A DNA stretch of 64,000 nt from an uncultured delta proteobacterium (GTDB taxonomy: Bacteria > Desulfobacterota > Binatia > UBA9968), in contig CAWDPO010000043.1 of the NCBI GenBank assembly GCA_963804165.1, forward strand, positions 256,001-320,000. The letters run 5' to 3'. A program made the translations under genes and the position numbers. The notes below the pieces were generated by a model. That model was not told the DNA's origin. It searched no databases and saw only the letters and a list, made by a program, of their open reading frames with translations. Shown here one piece after another: positions 42,150-51,523 of the stretch. Position 1 is the first letter of the stretch. Each line of letters starts with the position of its first letter.

Positions 42150-42292
42150 ACGGGTAAAAGCGCGGATCGACGCTCGTTCTCCACCTCACCGTTGACTATC
42201 GTCGTCTCAATGCCGACCGCTTTTTGAATGAAGCCCTTCTCGTTGGGGGCAGGTCTTGCACCATTTCCAGATCGGAGCAGTTTAGGGTCAAC
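42150..42292 (-). pseudogene. Decayed, diverged copy of the 3' end of the N-acyl-D-amino-acid deacylase gene (44100-45815)
   Basis: Reads DLEMVQDLP.NEKGFIQKAVGIETTIVNGEV versus DPEMVQDLPGNEKRFIQKANGIEMTIVNGEV. By hand count, about 19 differences in 94 nt. Confidence 0.9.
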
Positions 42293-42322
42293 CTATACGT
42301 GAGATAGTTGGCCCACCAAATC

Positions 42323-43718
42323 TCAAGCCTCGCGCAAGGGCGACCTGAGAGTAGTCATCAGTGTCCCGATATCTGCCACCCTCTCTAGCCCCAGAACCAG
42401 GTCTACACTGCGCTCTATGTCGTCCGGGCGCAGCTGGCTGCGGCCACAGTCGCGGTACTTAGTCAGTAACTCGTCGTCGGTCAGCGGCAGAGCGGGGTCG
42501 CCGCGGGGGATGTCCACGCGTGCGCTGTAGCTTCGCCCATCCGTCGTCCGGATCGTCACCGGATTACCGACGAACTCGGTATCCGGGCCGACGTCCGCGA
42601 GGCCAGGCCAGATGGGCACATCGGGGAACGAAAGGTGAATTTTCTTTCTGGTCTCGACGATGTTGCGATCTTCGAACTTGCGATCTGTGAAAGTTTCGAG
42701 CGTCACCTGGTGGTCCACCACCGCGGCGGCAATGCAGTAAGGCATGCTGAACTTGGCCTGGTACGGTGTTGCCGGCTCGGTGAAAGCGAGCACGCGCATG
42801 GCGCGCTCCGAGGTGCCCACATCGACTTCGGCGATGTCTTTGTCGCTGATGCGGTGCTCGCCGCAGCAACTGGAACACTCCGTCCAGCGCTCGATGGGTG
42901 TGATAGCAGCTTGGGTATTTCTTTAGCCCGATGCCCGGAGACTCGATGTAGAAGGGTTTGCCCAGACCGTCCGCCATGCGCTCCGCGTCGTAGTGGCCCG
43001 GGCCAACGAGCGTGTCGTAGAAACCGTTCTTCGCTTCGATGATGTTGGGATTGGCCGTGATTCCTTCCTGGGCCATGAGAGCGGCGATCACGCCGTTGCG
43101 GCAGGCGTTGCCCGCTGCCATCGCGCCGGCCATGCTGCCGTGGTTGGCCGAAAGTCCGCAGGCAGAGTTTCCCGCGATGCCCAATGCCATTCTGGTCTTG
43201 GCGACGTCCAGCCGCAGCAGCTTGGCGCAGGCGGCCGCCGCGCCGATGGAACCGTACCAAGTCTGGTGGTTCAGGCGGGCCTGCATGAGCTTGAAGTCGG
43301 CGTGGAGCGCGAGCTTGCCTTCGATCTCCAGTCCCAGGATGTAAGCAGTGAGTATGTCTTGGCCCGAGGCGCCGAGATGCTCGCCGAGGCTCAGCACGGC
43401 GGGCAGAACCAAGACGCTGGGATGGCCGATCTTCACACCACAGTCGTCATAGTCCAGGGCGTGGGCAATGGAGCCATTGGCCAGGGCAGCGTCTGCAACC
43501 GAAACTTTGATACCAGCGCCAAACACGGATGCCTGGGGCGGCCCGCCGAGCTTCGTTATGTAACCAGTAATGGTTTGGCTGACCGGCTCGACAACGCCGG
43601 CCAGTGCGGCTCCCAGGCAATCGAGCGCCGTGCGCTTGGCTTTCTGCACCGCGTCGCCCGGTATGTTTTCGTAGCCGGTGTCTACAATGAACCGGGCAAT
43701 TTTCTCAGTGGCGCCCAT
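42323..43718 (-). CDS. MmgE/PrpD-family protein, frameshift near 42863
   Basis: LDCLGAALAG, AALANGSIAHALDYDD, GHPS, KKYPSCYHTH, QAKFSMPYC, PRGDP..PL. Confidence 0.9.
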
Positions 43719-43752
43719 TCTTCACCTCGTCGAGGACGGCGTTGAAACTCGA

Positions 43753-43778
43753 AGGGCGGGTTTCAAACCCGCCCCTAC
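43753..43778. repeat. GTAG-type REP hairpin
   Basis: gggcgggtttcaaacccgccc-ctac. Confidence 0.75.
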
Positions 43779-43840
43779 AAGCCGAAATTCTTTTTTGCGT
43801 TCTTTGCGCTCTTTAGGCGTTTCGTTCCGCCGACGCGGAG

Positions 43841-44086
43841 TCATTGGGACTCGTCGACAGGTCTGCTCTCGATATATAACGTATCAGGGCTGATATCTTG
43901 TTCGTGGGGCCATTGTACGGTTCCGTAGGCGATCCTCACTTGTTTAAAATAATCGATATCTTTGAGCTCCCGGAATACCCCGAAGTCAAGGTAGGGCCGG
44001 GCGTCGAATCTCCCAACGCTGTTGTCGTTGAATGTCAGCTCAAGAGAAAAGTCTTCGTTCGCCTTTACAGCGACAACTTTCTTCAT
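43841..44086 (-). CDS. DUF2442-family protein
   Basis: MKKVVAVKANEDFSLELTFND...FDARPYL..GVFRELKD..YFKQVRI..GTVQWP.EQDISPDTLY. Confidence 0.85.
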   Translation of the reverse strand: MKKVVAVKANEDFSLELTFNDNSVGRFDARPYLDFGVFRELKDIDYFKQVRIAYGTVQWPHEQDISPDTLYIESRPVDESQ

Positions 44087-44099
44087 CGCGGCAATTCTC

Positions 44100-45815
44100 T
44101 TACGCCGCCGCTTGCAGCCCGTGACCGTTCCCGCCGCCGAGCACCGCTCCCGGCAACGCGCCGGTGTGTTGGTCTTTTTCGACAAGCACTTCGCCGTTGA
44201 CGATGGTCATCTCGATGCCGTTGGCTTTTTGGATAAAGCGCTTCTCGTTACCCGGCAAGTCTTGAACCATTTCCGGATCGCATTCGCGGATCGTCGCGGG
44301 ATCGAAAACGCACAAGTCCGCCGCCATGCCCGGCCGCAGCAGACCGCGGCCTTGCAGACCGAAGATCGACGCGACCATGAAGGTCAGCTTGCGCACGGCT
44401 TCTTCCACAGTCATGATCTGCTTCTCGCGCACCCAGTAACCGAGCAGGCGCGTCGCGTAGCCAAAGCCGGCATCGTAGATTAAATGCGCGCCGGCGTCCG
44501 ACTGGCCGACGAGCACGAACGGGCTGCGGATGATTTCCGCCACCGCCACTTCGTCGCCGTTGGTGCTGGAAGTTTGGAACTCGGTGTCCAAACCTTCTTC
44601 GAGCGAGAGATCGAGAAAAGCATCGATGATGTCCTGGCCGCGAATCTTCGCGATCTCGGCCACGCTCTTTTTCTCCAGGTGTTTATTCTCAGGCTTGACG
44701 GCGTTGATCAGGTAAACCAGATCCCAGCGCCGCGAGAAGCGCGATGATTTCTTTTCTTCCACCGCTTCGTAACGCATCTTCTTGCGCGTCTCCGGATCTT
44801 TGATCGCTTCGATGCGCGCTTCCAGCGGCAGGAAGAGAATCGTCTTCCAGGTCGGCAGATCGTCGAACACCTGGGCGTTCTTCATGGTCAGCCGGTTGTT
44901 GAACAGGCGCGCGTTGCACAGCGGATAGGACTGCACGCCGCGATCGATCGACTCTTTCGCCAGATCCAATAATTGGCGCCATTCGTTGGGCTTGTCCCAG
45001 CGATGGGTGATGCTCTGCCAGATCACCGGCCGCCCCGATCTACTGGAAATTTCGTCGAACAACTGCACGCTCTCGCGCATCGGCACCGACACACCCAGCG
45101 AGCCGCGCGAGATCTGTATGGCGCCCTGATTGATCTCGCCGAGCGCGCAGGCGAGCTCGATAATCTCTTCGTCGGTGGCGAAGCGGCTCTGAATCGGCGT
45201 GCCGTCGGCGTACATGTGAACGGGATTCTGATTGGTCGAGAAACCGGCTGCGCCCGCGCGCACGCTGGCTTTGAGCACTTCCTTCATCTGATGGATTTCC
45301 GCCGGCGTCGCGGCGCGCTCGATGGACGCGTCGCCCATGACGAATTGGCGCAGCGCGCAGTGTCCCACCAGCGACGCGACATTGACGCCGAGTTTGCCGC
45401 GTAGCGCGTCGAGATACTGCCCAAACGTAGTGAAGCCCCACTTCACCCCGGCCCTTAAAGCCGGCAGCGTGATGGCCTCGACCCGCTCAAAGCTTTTCAA
45501 GATCGTGTCGCGATCCGGTTCTTTACACGGCGCCAGCGACAACCCACAGTTGCCGGGGATGACCGTAGTCACGCCGTGGTAGCAGGAAGAAGTCGCCAAC
45601 GGGTCCCACAACAGCTGGGCATCGAGATGAGTATGAAAGTCGATGAAACCCGGAGAGACGGCAAGCCCATCGGCATTGACAGTACGTTTGGCACTGCCGC
45701 TAATTCGCCCGGTCTCGACGATTCGGCCATCTTGCACCGCGACGTCGCCGAGATAAGAAGGCAATCCGCTGCCGTCGTAAATCCGCCCGCCTTTGATCAG
45801 TACGTCATAAGCCAT
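44100..45815 (-). CDS. N-acyl-D-amino-acid deacylase family amidohydrolase
   Basis: YDVLIKGGRIYDGSG, PGFIDFHTHLD, HGVTTVIPGNCG, SDAGAH, RGLLRPGMAADL, TIVNG; ATG 45815 follows GAGGAGG. Confidence 0.93.
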   Translation of the reverse strand: MAYDVLIKGGRIYDGSGLPSYLGDVAVQDGRIVETGRISGSAKRTVNADGLAVSPGFIDFHTHLDAQLLWDPLATSSCYHGVTTVIPGNCGLSLAPCKEPDRDTILKSFERVEAITLPALRAGVKWGFTTFGQYLDALRGKLGVNVASLVGHCALRQFVMGDASIERAATPAEIHQMKEVLKASVRAGAAGFSTNQNPVHMYADGTPIQSRFATDEEIIELACALGEINQGAIQISRGSLGVSVPMRESVQLFDEISSRSGRPVIWQSITHRWDKPNEWRQLLDLAKESIDRGVQSYPLCNARLFNNRLTMKNAQVFDDLPTWKTILFLPLEARIEAIKDPETRKKMRYEAVEEKKSSRFSRRWDLVYLINAVKPENKHLEKKSVAEIAKIRGQDIIDAFLDLSLEEGLDTEFQTSSTNGDEVAVAEIIRSPFVLVGQSDAGAHLIYDAGFGYATRLLGYWVREKQIMTVEEAVRKLTFMVASIFGLQGRGLLRPGMAADLCVFDPATIRECDPEMVQDLPGNEKRFIQKANGIEMTIVNGEVLVEKDQHTGALPGAVLGGGNGHGLQAAA

Positions 45816-45914
45816 GGGAATTCCTCCTCGGTCGTAAACGTAATCGAGCTTACCGGCAGGAAGGCTTCTGTCAACCAAACCGCACGTGAGTATGGCTGTA
45901 ATTCGATTGAAATT

Positions 45915-45941
45915 GTAGGGGCAGGCCCCCGTGCCTGCCCT
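45915..45941. repeat. GTAG-type REP hairpin
   Basis: gtaggggcaggcccccgtgcctgccc. Confidence 0.75.
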
Positions 45942-45964
45942 TGTTAGAGGTCGACCCCGAAAAA

Positions 45965-48900
45965 TCACGACAGCAACAACTCCAAATCTTCGCGGGTGAG
46001 ATTGCGCATGACGCTGTTGTCGGCGCTGATGATCGCGTCGGCGAGGTCGCGCTTGGACTGCTGCAGGGCGAGCACTTTCTCTTCCACCGTGTCGCGCGCG
46101 ATCAAGCGATAGGCAAAGACCTGGCGCGTTTGGCCGATGCGGTGCGCCCGGTCGATCGCCTGCGCTTCCACGGCGGGGTTCCACCAGGGATCGAGCAGAT
46201 AAACGTACTCGGCGGCGTTAAGATTCAAACCCAAGCCGCCGGCTTTCAAGCTGATGAGAAACAGTTTCACATTGGGATCGCTCTGAAACTGCTCGACGCG
46301 CGCCTGGCGGTCGCGGGTGCGGCCGTCGAGATAGACGTAGGGAGTCTTCGCCGCATCGAGGCGGCTGCGCACGATGGCGAGCAGGCTGGTGAATTGCGAG
46401 AAGACCAAAACTTTGTGATCTTCTTCGAGCACCTGATCGAGCTGCGCCAGCAGCGTGTCGATTTTGGCGCTCGACTCGCCGGTCTTTTTCTTGTCGATCA
46501 ATCCCGGATGGCACGCTGCCTGGCGCAGGCGCAGCAGCGCTTCGAGCACTTGGATTTTAAATTGTCCCGATTCGTCGTTCGCGCCGTTTTTAAGCAGTCG
46601 CGCGCGATAGTAATCGCGCAACTCGTTGTAGAGCTTTCTGTCCTTGGCTTCGAGAGCGCAATAAATTGTTTGCTCGGTCTTTTCCGGCAGCTCGGTGGCG
46701 ACCTGACTTTTAGTGCGTCGGAGAATAAACGGCCGCAGCGCTTTTCTCAGTATGACCCGCGTAGGCTCATCAGGGTTTCGCCCGGCGTTGGCGAAGATCG
46801 ACGCGCTGCCGAGCATGCCGGGATTGAGAAATTCGAACAGGCTCCAAAGCTCGCCCAAGTGGTTTTCCACCGGCGTGCCGCTCATCGCCAAGCGATGGTC
46901 GGCGCGCAGCAGGCGAACCGCTTTGGCGGAAAGCGTGCCGGCATTCTTGATCGCCTGGGCTTCGTCGAGAATGCAGTAGTCGAAGTGGTGGTTCTTCAAA
47001 TGCAGCGCATCGCGCGCCAGCGTGCCGTAAGTCGTAATAACGACATCGTACGCGCCGAAGTGATCGCCGGATTTGCCCCGCGCAACGCCGGAGTGATCCA
47101 GTATAGCTAAATGGGGCGCAAAGCGCGCTGCTTCTTTTTTCCAGTGAAACACCAGTGAGCGCGGCATGATAACCAGGGATGAACGCGGCCCCTTGTTGCC
47201 ATCGTTGTGCCGTTGCTGACGGCGCGCTTCGAGCAGCGCCAGAACTTGAATCGTTTTGCCCAATCCCATGTCGTCGGCCAGGCAGCCGCCGAAGCCGAAG
47301 CGCTGGAGAAAAAACAGCCAACCCAATCCCTCGCGTTGGTAGCCGCGCAGCTCGCCGGCAAAATGCGCCGGCGCATCGGCGGCCGCGATCCCGGCAAAGT
47401 TGCCCAGCTCCGCGCGCACACGCGCGAATACCGCATCGACGGCGACGCCCGGCTCGCCGGCGAGCAAAGCGTCCAACAAGCCCGCCTGCGGCCGGGTAAA
47501 GCGCAGATGCTTTTCCTCGAGGCTGCCGAGTCCTGCAAGCAAGCTGTATTTCTTCATCCACTCTTCGGGCAGGATGCCGAGGGTGCCGTCGTCGAGCTTG
47601 ACCATCGACTCGCCCTGCTTGATGGCGCGCAGCAACAGCGGCAAGGAAATCTTGGCATCGCCGAACACGGCGCTGCCGTCGAGCTCGAACCAATCGACGC
47701 CGGATTTGACCTCCATCTTCAGTGTATCCGCAGTGCGATAGAGCTTGCCCTCCGCCTGGATCTGCCAACCTTCGGTGGTCAGCGTGCGCACGACTTTCGG
47801 CAGTTGATCGGCGTACAACTCCGCGTCCGTATCGCCGTTATTATTGGCGCTGCGAAAGCCGAGTTGAGTCATCCGTCGGCGCGCCGCGGCTTCGAAGCCG
47901 ATATCACGGCGAATCAGCCGGCGCTGCTCTTTTCGGTACACGTTGCCGCGTTCGCCGTGAGCAACCTTTTGGCCTTCGTAATCGAAAGAAAGTTTTCCCA
48001 ACAACCGAGGATGTCGAAACGGATAAGTCGGCCCTGGCTTGATCACCAGATTGGCCCTGGGCCGCGCCAGAACCTCCTCGAATCTAAGTTCCTCGGGCAG
48101 CTCCAGGCGCGGCTGCTGCGCGAAGCGCAAAAGCTCGGCGAGAAACGACTCACCGTCTTGCTTGGGAATCGACAGCTCGCCGCGCGCGCGCAGCAGAGAG
48201 ATCCAACCGAAAGCGCCATGATCGTCGAACCGGCTCACCCATCCGTCGCAAAAGACCAGACCTCCCGCCAACAGCAGCGAAGGCGTGGAGAGCGCCATGT
48301 CAGCGTCGCCGCGCCGCAAGCCGCCGGTCACGCTGTAATGCGCGCCGTCGTCCGCCGGCGCGATTCGCAAATAAAAATCCCAGGCGTCGCCGTCGTCCCA
48401 CTGAACGGCGGGGAGATCCTCGCTTTGCATGGAAGAAAGCAGCACGCAGCGCCCCGTGGCGCACATGAGCGGCAGCGCAACATCCCAGAGCGGCGCGGGC
48501 AGAGCGAAGTTAGGATAGGTCGACTCGCGATAGTAGGGCGAGTAGGCGTAACTCGAGTCGCGGCGCGAGCCGAAGAGAATGGCCAGAATCCGCCGATCGG
48601 CGGCGTTGGAAACATCGGCGATCTCACCCATGCCAAGCTTCTTTGTCTTGAGCTTTCCCCACGCGCCATTGCTGCGCCGCTCCCGCTGCGCAACGTCGAT
48701 GATGAGACGTTCCGCGCTTCCCGTGGCGGAAATGTCGATGACATAAACAAACTCCCGCTCCGTCGGCGTGGAGAATCGCAAACGGGTTTCCGCGGCGGCC
48801 AAAGAATTTAACAGTGGCTCCAGCTGTTTCTTCCAGGAGGACGCGGGCGGAGTACGCTTGTCTTGAGCAGTTTTGGCGGCTGGCGTCCGCGGAAACGGTT

Positions 48901-49222
48901 CCGGCAAGACCGCAAAACGATCCAGCGCAAAATCCTCCCGCCCGCGAAGATAACCCTTCTGCTCCGCCGTCAGAGCCACCGCCCAGATATGTTTGCAGGG
49001 CTCGAGATCTCGCTCGAAGTACGGGCAACTGCAGGAGTAGTCCAAGAACTCGTCGATGCTGGTGATCTCGACGTTGTAACGGATCGTGCCTTGCACGACG
49101 GCATTTACGGATGAGGCATCGCCATCGATCTGTTTAACCGCGCCGCGAACATAGTACTGTCGTCCCCGCTCCTGGGAAAGCCTTCCTACTTCGTCGGCGA
49201 TTTGCTCTGTGAGATAACCCAT
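45965..49222 (-). CDS. SWIM zinc-finger + SNF2-family helicase/translocase
   Basis: CSCPYF....PCKHIWA, LRGYQREG, LADDMGLGKT, LDEAQAIKN, SGTPVENHL, LVFSQF, SLKAGGLGLNL, DPWWNPAVEAQAIDRAHRIGQ. Confidence 0.95.
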   Translation of the reverse strand: MGYLTEQIADEVGRLSQERGRQYYVRGAVKQIDGDASSVNAVVQGTIRYNVEITSIDEFLDYSCSCPYFERDLEPCKHIWAVALTAEQKGYLRGREDFALDRFAVLPEPFPRTPAAKTAQDKRTPPASSWKKQLEPLLNSLAAAETRLRFSTPTEREFVYVIDISATGSAERLIIDVAQRERRSNGAWGKLKTKKLGMGEIADVSNAADRRILAILFGSRRDSSYAYSPYYRESTYPNFALPAPLWDVALPLMCATGRCVLLSSMQSEDLPAVQWDDGDAWDFYLRIAPADDGAHYSVTGGLRRGDADMALSTPSLLLAGGLVFCDGWVSRFDDHGAFGWISLLRARGELSIPKQDGESFLAELLRFAQQPRLELPEELRFEEVLARPRANLVIKPGPTYPFRHPRLLGKLSFDYEGQKVAHGERGNVYRKEQRRLIRRDIGFEAAARRRMTQLGFRSANNNGDTDAELYADQLPKVVRTLTTEGWQIQAEGKLYRTADTLKMEVKSGVDWFELDGSAVFGDAKISLPLLLRAIKQGESMVKLDDGTLGILPEEWMKKYSLLAGLGSLEEKHLRFTRPQAGLLDALLAGEPGVAVDAVFARVRAELGNFAGIAAADAPAHFAGELRGYQREGLGWLFFLQRFGFGGCLADDMGLGKTIQVLALLEARRQQRHNDGNKGPRSSLVIMPRSLVFHWKKEAARFAPHLAILDHSGVARGKSGDHFGAYDVVITTYGTLARDALHLKNHHFDYCILDEAQAIKNAGTLSAKAVRLLRADHRLAMSGTPVENHLGELWSLFEFLNPGMLGSASIFANAGRNPDEPTRVILRKALRPFILRRTKSQVATELPEKTEQTIYCALEAKDRKLYNELRDYYRARLLKNGANDESGQFKIQVLEALLRLRQAACHPGLIDKKKTGESSAKIDTLLAQLDQVLEEDHKVLVFSQFTSLLAIVRSRLDAAKTPYVYLDGRTRDRQARVEQFQSDPNVKLFLISLKAGGLGLNLNAAEYVYLLDPWWNPAVEAQAIDRAHRIGQTRQVFAYRLIARDTVEEKVLALQQSKRDLADAIISADNSVMRNLTREDLELLLS

Positions 49223-49341
49223 TTTAATTGGTTGCAATGAAATAACAAAATTCCCTAATCGGTAAGGGACAATCATATACATTGACAGACCGACAACCTC
49301 CGTGCAAGAAAAAGCGAAAGATTGGCGATCAGGAAAGACTT

Positions 49342-50382
49342 ATGAAAAACCACCGAACGAAATCTCGCATCATCGACGCCGACGGCCACGTGCGCGAAAC
49401 GGACGAAGAAATTATCGAATACATGTCAGCAGGTTACCGCGCCAGACGCGACGCGATGCTTTATTTTCCGCTGACGCCACATCACGGCTGGCATCGCTCG
49501 ATACCGGCCAACGATTTTCGCCACCAGGATTTTCGCGTGCCGGATTGGCGCGAATGGGCGGGCAAACTCGACGAGGGCGATTTCGAGCTGACCGTGCTCT
49601 ATCCGACCCGCTTCATGCACATCGGCCAGATCGGCAACCCAACCTACGCGGTGGAGCTTTGCCGCGCCTATAACGACTACCTGCACGACAAATTCCTCAC
49701 CCGTGATCGCCGCTTCCGCGGCATGGCGTTATTGCCGCTGCAAGATCCGCGCGCCGCAGCGAAGGAGCTGCGCCGCGCGGTCAAAACATATGGCATGCTC
49801 GGCGGCATTCTGCCTGCGGATGGTCTGCAGTTGCCGTTAGGGCACCGCCACTATTGGCCGGTCTTTCAGGAAGCCGACCGCCTCGGTTGCGCCCTGTCGA
49901 TACACTCGTGTAATTCGCTGCGCGACAACGACCGCTATCTTCAACCGAACGAAGCGGCTGCGCTCACCCATGTCATCCCGCAGATGCGCCAGTTCAACAA
50001 CATTATGTTTTCCGGCCTGATGAACAAATTGAAGAATCTCCGCCTCGGCTTCCTCGAAGCCGGCTGCGGTTGGGTGGCGTTTTTAATGAGCAAGATCGAG
50101 GAACGTCTCGAACGCGTCGCGCCCGGGGAGCGTCCGGTTCTACCCAGCGAATTGCTCAAGAGAAAGCAGCTCTACTTTCAATGCGGCGAAGAAATCACTA
50201 CAAAGCGGGATGTCGAACTGCTCGGCGACGACTGCTTGCTGTGGGCGTCCGACTTCCCCCACGAAGCCACGCGCACCGACATGCGGAAGCTCGTCAAGGA
50301 ACATTTCGGCCGCAAAGACCTGAGCCGGGAAGCAAAGAAGAAAATCATCTACGACAACGCCAAGCGGTTCTACGGGCTGTGA
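49342..50382 (+). CDS. Amidohydrolase family 2 protein (ACMSD/LigJ-like)
   Basis: IIDADGHV, VLYPT, CRAYNDYL, LPLQDP, SIH, FLEAGCGW, WASDFPH, DNAKRFY. Confidence 0.92.
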   Translation: MKNHRTKSRIIDADGHVRETDEEIIEYMSAGYRARRDAMLYFPLTPHHGWHRSIPANDFRHQDFRVPDWREWAGKLDEGDFELTVLYPTRFMHIGQIGNPTYAVELCRAYNDYLHDKFLTRDRRFRGMALLPLQDPRAAAKELRRAVKTYGMLGGILPADGLQLPLGHRHYWPVFQEADRLGCALSIHSCNSLRDNDRYLQPNEAAALTHVIPQMRQFNNIMFSGLMNKLKNLRLGFLEAGCGWVAFLMSKIEERLERVAPGERPVLPSELLKRKQLYFQCGEEITTKRDVELLGDDCLLWASDFPHEATRTDMRKLVKEHFGRKDLSREAKKKIIYDNAKRFYGL

Positions 50383-50392
50383 GGTGAAGGAG

Positions 50393-50524
50393 GCGTTCAA
50401 ATCGTTCAATCGCTGCGCTCGGTTCAACCGCTTCGCTCCGTTCAAGCCCCCTCCTTCGATCCTCCCCCGCGTCGCGGGGGAGGAAAGAGGTGGGGGATTG
50501 AACGGCTTGAACTATTTGAACTCC
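50393..50524. repeat. Composite GTTCAA/TTGAAC palindrome with a central GC hairpin (possible bidirectional terminator)
   Basis: cgttcaaatcgttcaatcg...cctcccccgcgtcgcgggggagg...ttgaacggcttgaactatttgaac between convergent genes. Confidence 0.75.
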
Positions 50525-51523
50525 CTATTGTAGGGCTTTTATAAATCCGCTCTGCTCGATCTCTCGCACCAGCCGGCCATCGGCGAATTCCTCCGGTTTG
50601 GCTCCCTTGGCCTTGGGATTCTGTTTCTCCAGCTCTTGGATCAAGCTCGCTACGCCGGCAATTGAAGGATGAGGCGGAATCGCGAAATTGGACCGGATCG
50701 TCGTTTCGTAGCTTTCTTCCAAGATTTCTTTGTCGTCAGTGCGAAAATATCTGCCCATGACCTTAAACGCGAAGTTCTTGTCCTTCTGGGCACGGGCGGC
50801 TCCTTCGATGTAAGCTCTGAGAAAACGCCGAACCGTGTCCTCGCTACTGCGCAAATATCTCCGCGTCGTCAGCACGCCGTTGATGTGATATTCGGCGTCG
50901 AGCTTGGACATGTCGAAGAGCAGTTTGAATTTCAGTTTGCGCGCCTGAAGTGTCCCCGGCGGAGTCAGGGAAGCGGCGGTGATCTTCCCCGCAGCCATTG
51001 CCGATAGACCCTCCGCCGGACCGCCGGTTTGGACCATGGTCACGTCTCGGTCCGGCTCGACGCCGTGGGCACGCAGAGCGATGCGCGAAGCGAGATCCGA
51101 AAGCGTGCCGAAGCGGGTAACGCCGAAGACCTTGCCCTTGAGGTCTTCCATCCGGTTGATGCCCGGCACGGCGTAAACCCAGAAGAGAAATTTCTTGACG
51201 ATGGTCGCGATAATCACCGTATCGGCGCCGGCGAGATTGGCCTGGATCGAGGCGGCGCCGCCGAGCTGGATGATCGGCAGTTCTCCGGAGAGCATCGCCT
51301 GCAGCGCCAGCGAGCTGCCAGGGATGCTGATCGTCTCGACGTTGAGGCCATGCTTATCGTAAAAGTTACCTTCCTTAGCGAACCACAGCGACATCTGCGT
51401 CGACGACGCCGAGCCACCGCCGACGCGAATCCGATCGACCTTCTTTTCCTGGCCTGCAACCGGGACGGCGAATAGGGCGGCGAAAACAATGACGATGTAA
51501 ATCTGAAGATGGGTCTTTCTCAC
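50525..51523 (-). CDS. ABC substrate-binding protein (NMT1/TauA family)
   Basis: GTG at 51523 overlaps the upstream stop; signal peptide; EDLKGK.FGVTRFG, FLRAYIEG, EIEQSGFI. Confidence 0.88.
   Translation of the reverse strand: MRKTHLQIYIVIVFAALFAVPVAGQEKKVDRIRVGGGSASSTQMSLWFAKEGNFYDKHGLNVETISIPGSSLALQAMLSGELPIIQLGGAASIQANLAGADTVIIATIVKKFLFWVYAVPGINRMEDLKGKVFGVTRFGTLSDLASRIALRAHGVEPDRDVTMVQTGGPAEGLSAMAAGKITAASLTPPGTLQARKLKFKLLFDMSKLDAEYHINGVLTTRRYLRSSEDTVRRFLRAYIEGAARAQKDKNFAFKVMGRYFRTDDKEILEESYETTIRSNFAIPPHPSIAGVASLIQELEKQNPKAKGAKPEEFADGRLVREIEQSGFIKALQ

Noticed and set aside
8486-43718. Frameshifts in lysC, nnr, AttH, rhodanese, SBPs, isomerase and MmgE as programmed frameshifting or mass pseudogenisation
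   Set aside because: They are single-base indels, often in short homopolymers, in otherwise intact genes including housekeeping ones, with no consistent slippery motif. Long-read error is the simpler explanation.
44100-46184. 694-aa extended deacylase
   Set aside because: The extension overlaps the SNF2 3' end and a REP; the RBS-supported start is 45815.
1675-48811. Long antisense or alternative-frame ORFs (e.g. 1675-2760, 7545-8429, 45941-47110, 47207-48811)
   Set aside because: These are shadow ORFs expected from GC-rich codon usage of the real genes and show no recognisable motifs.
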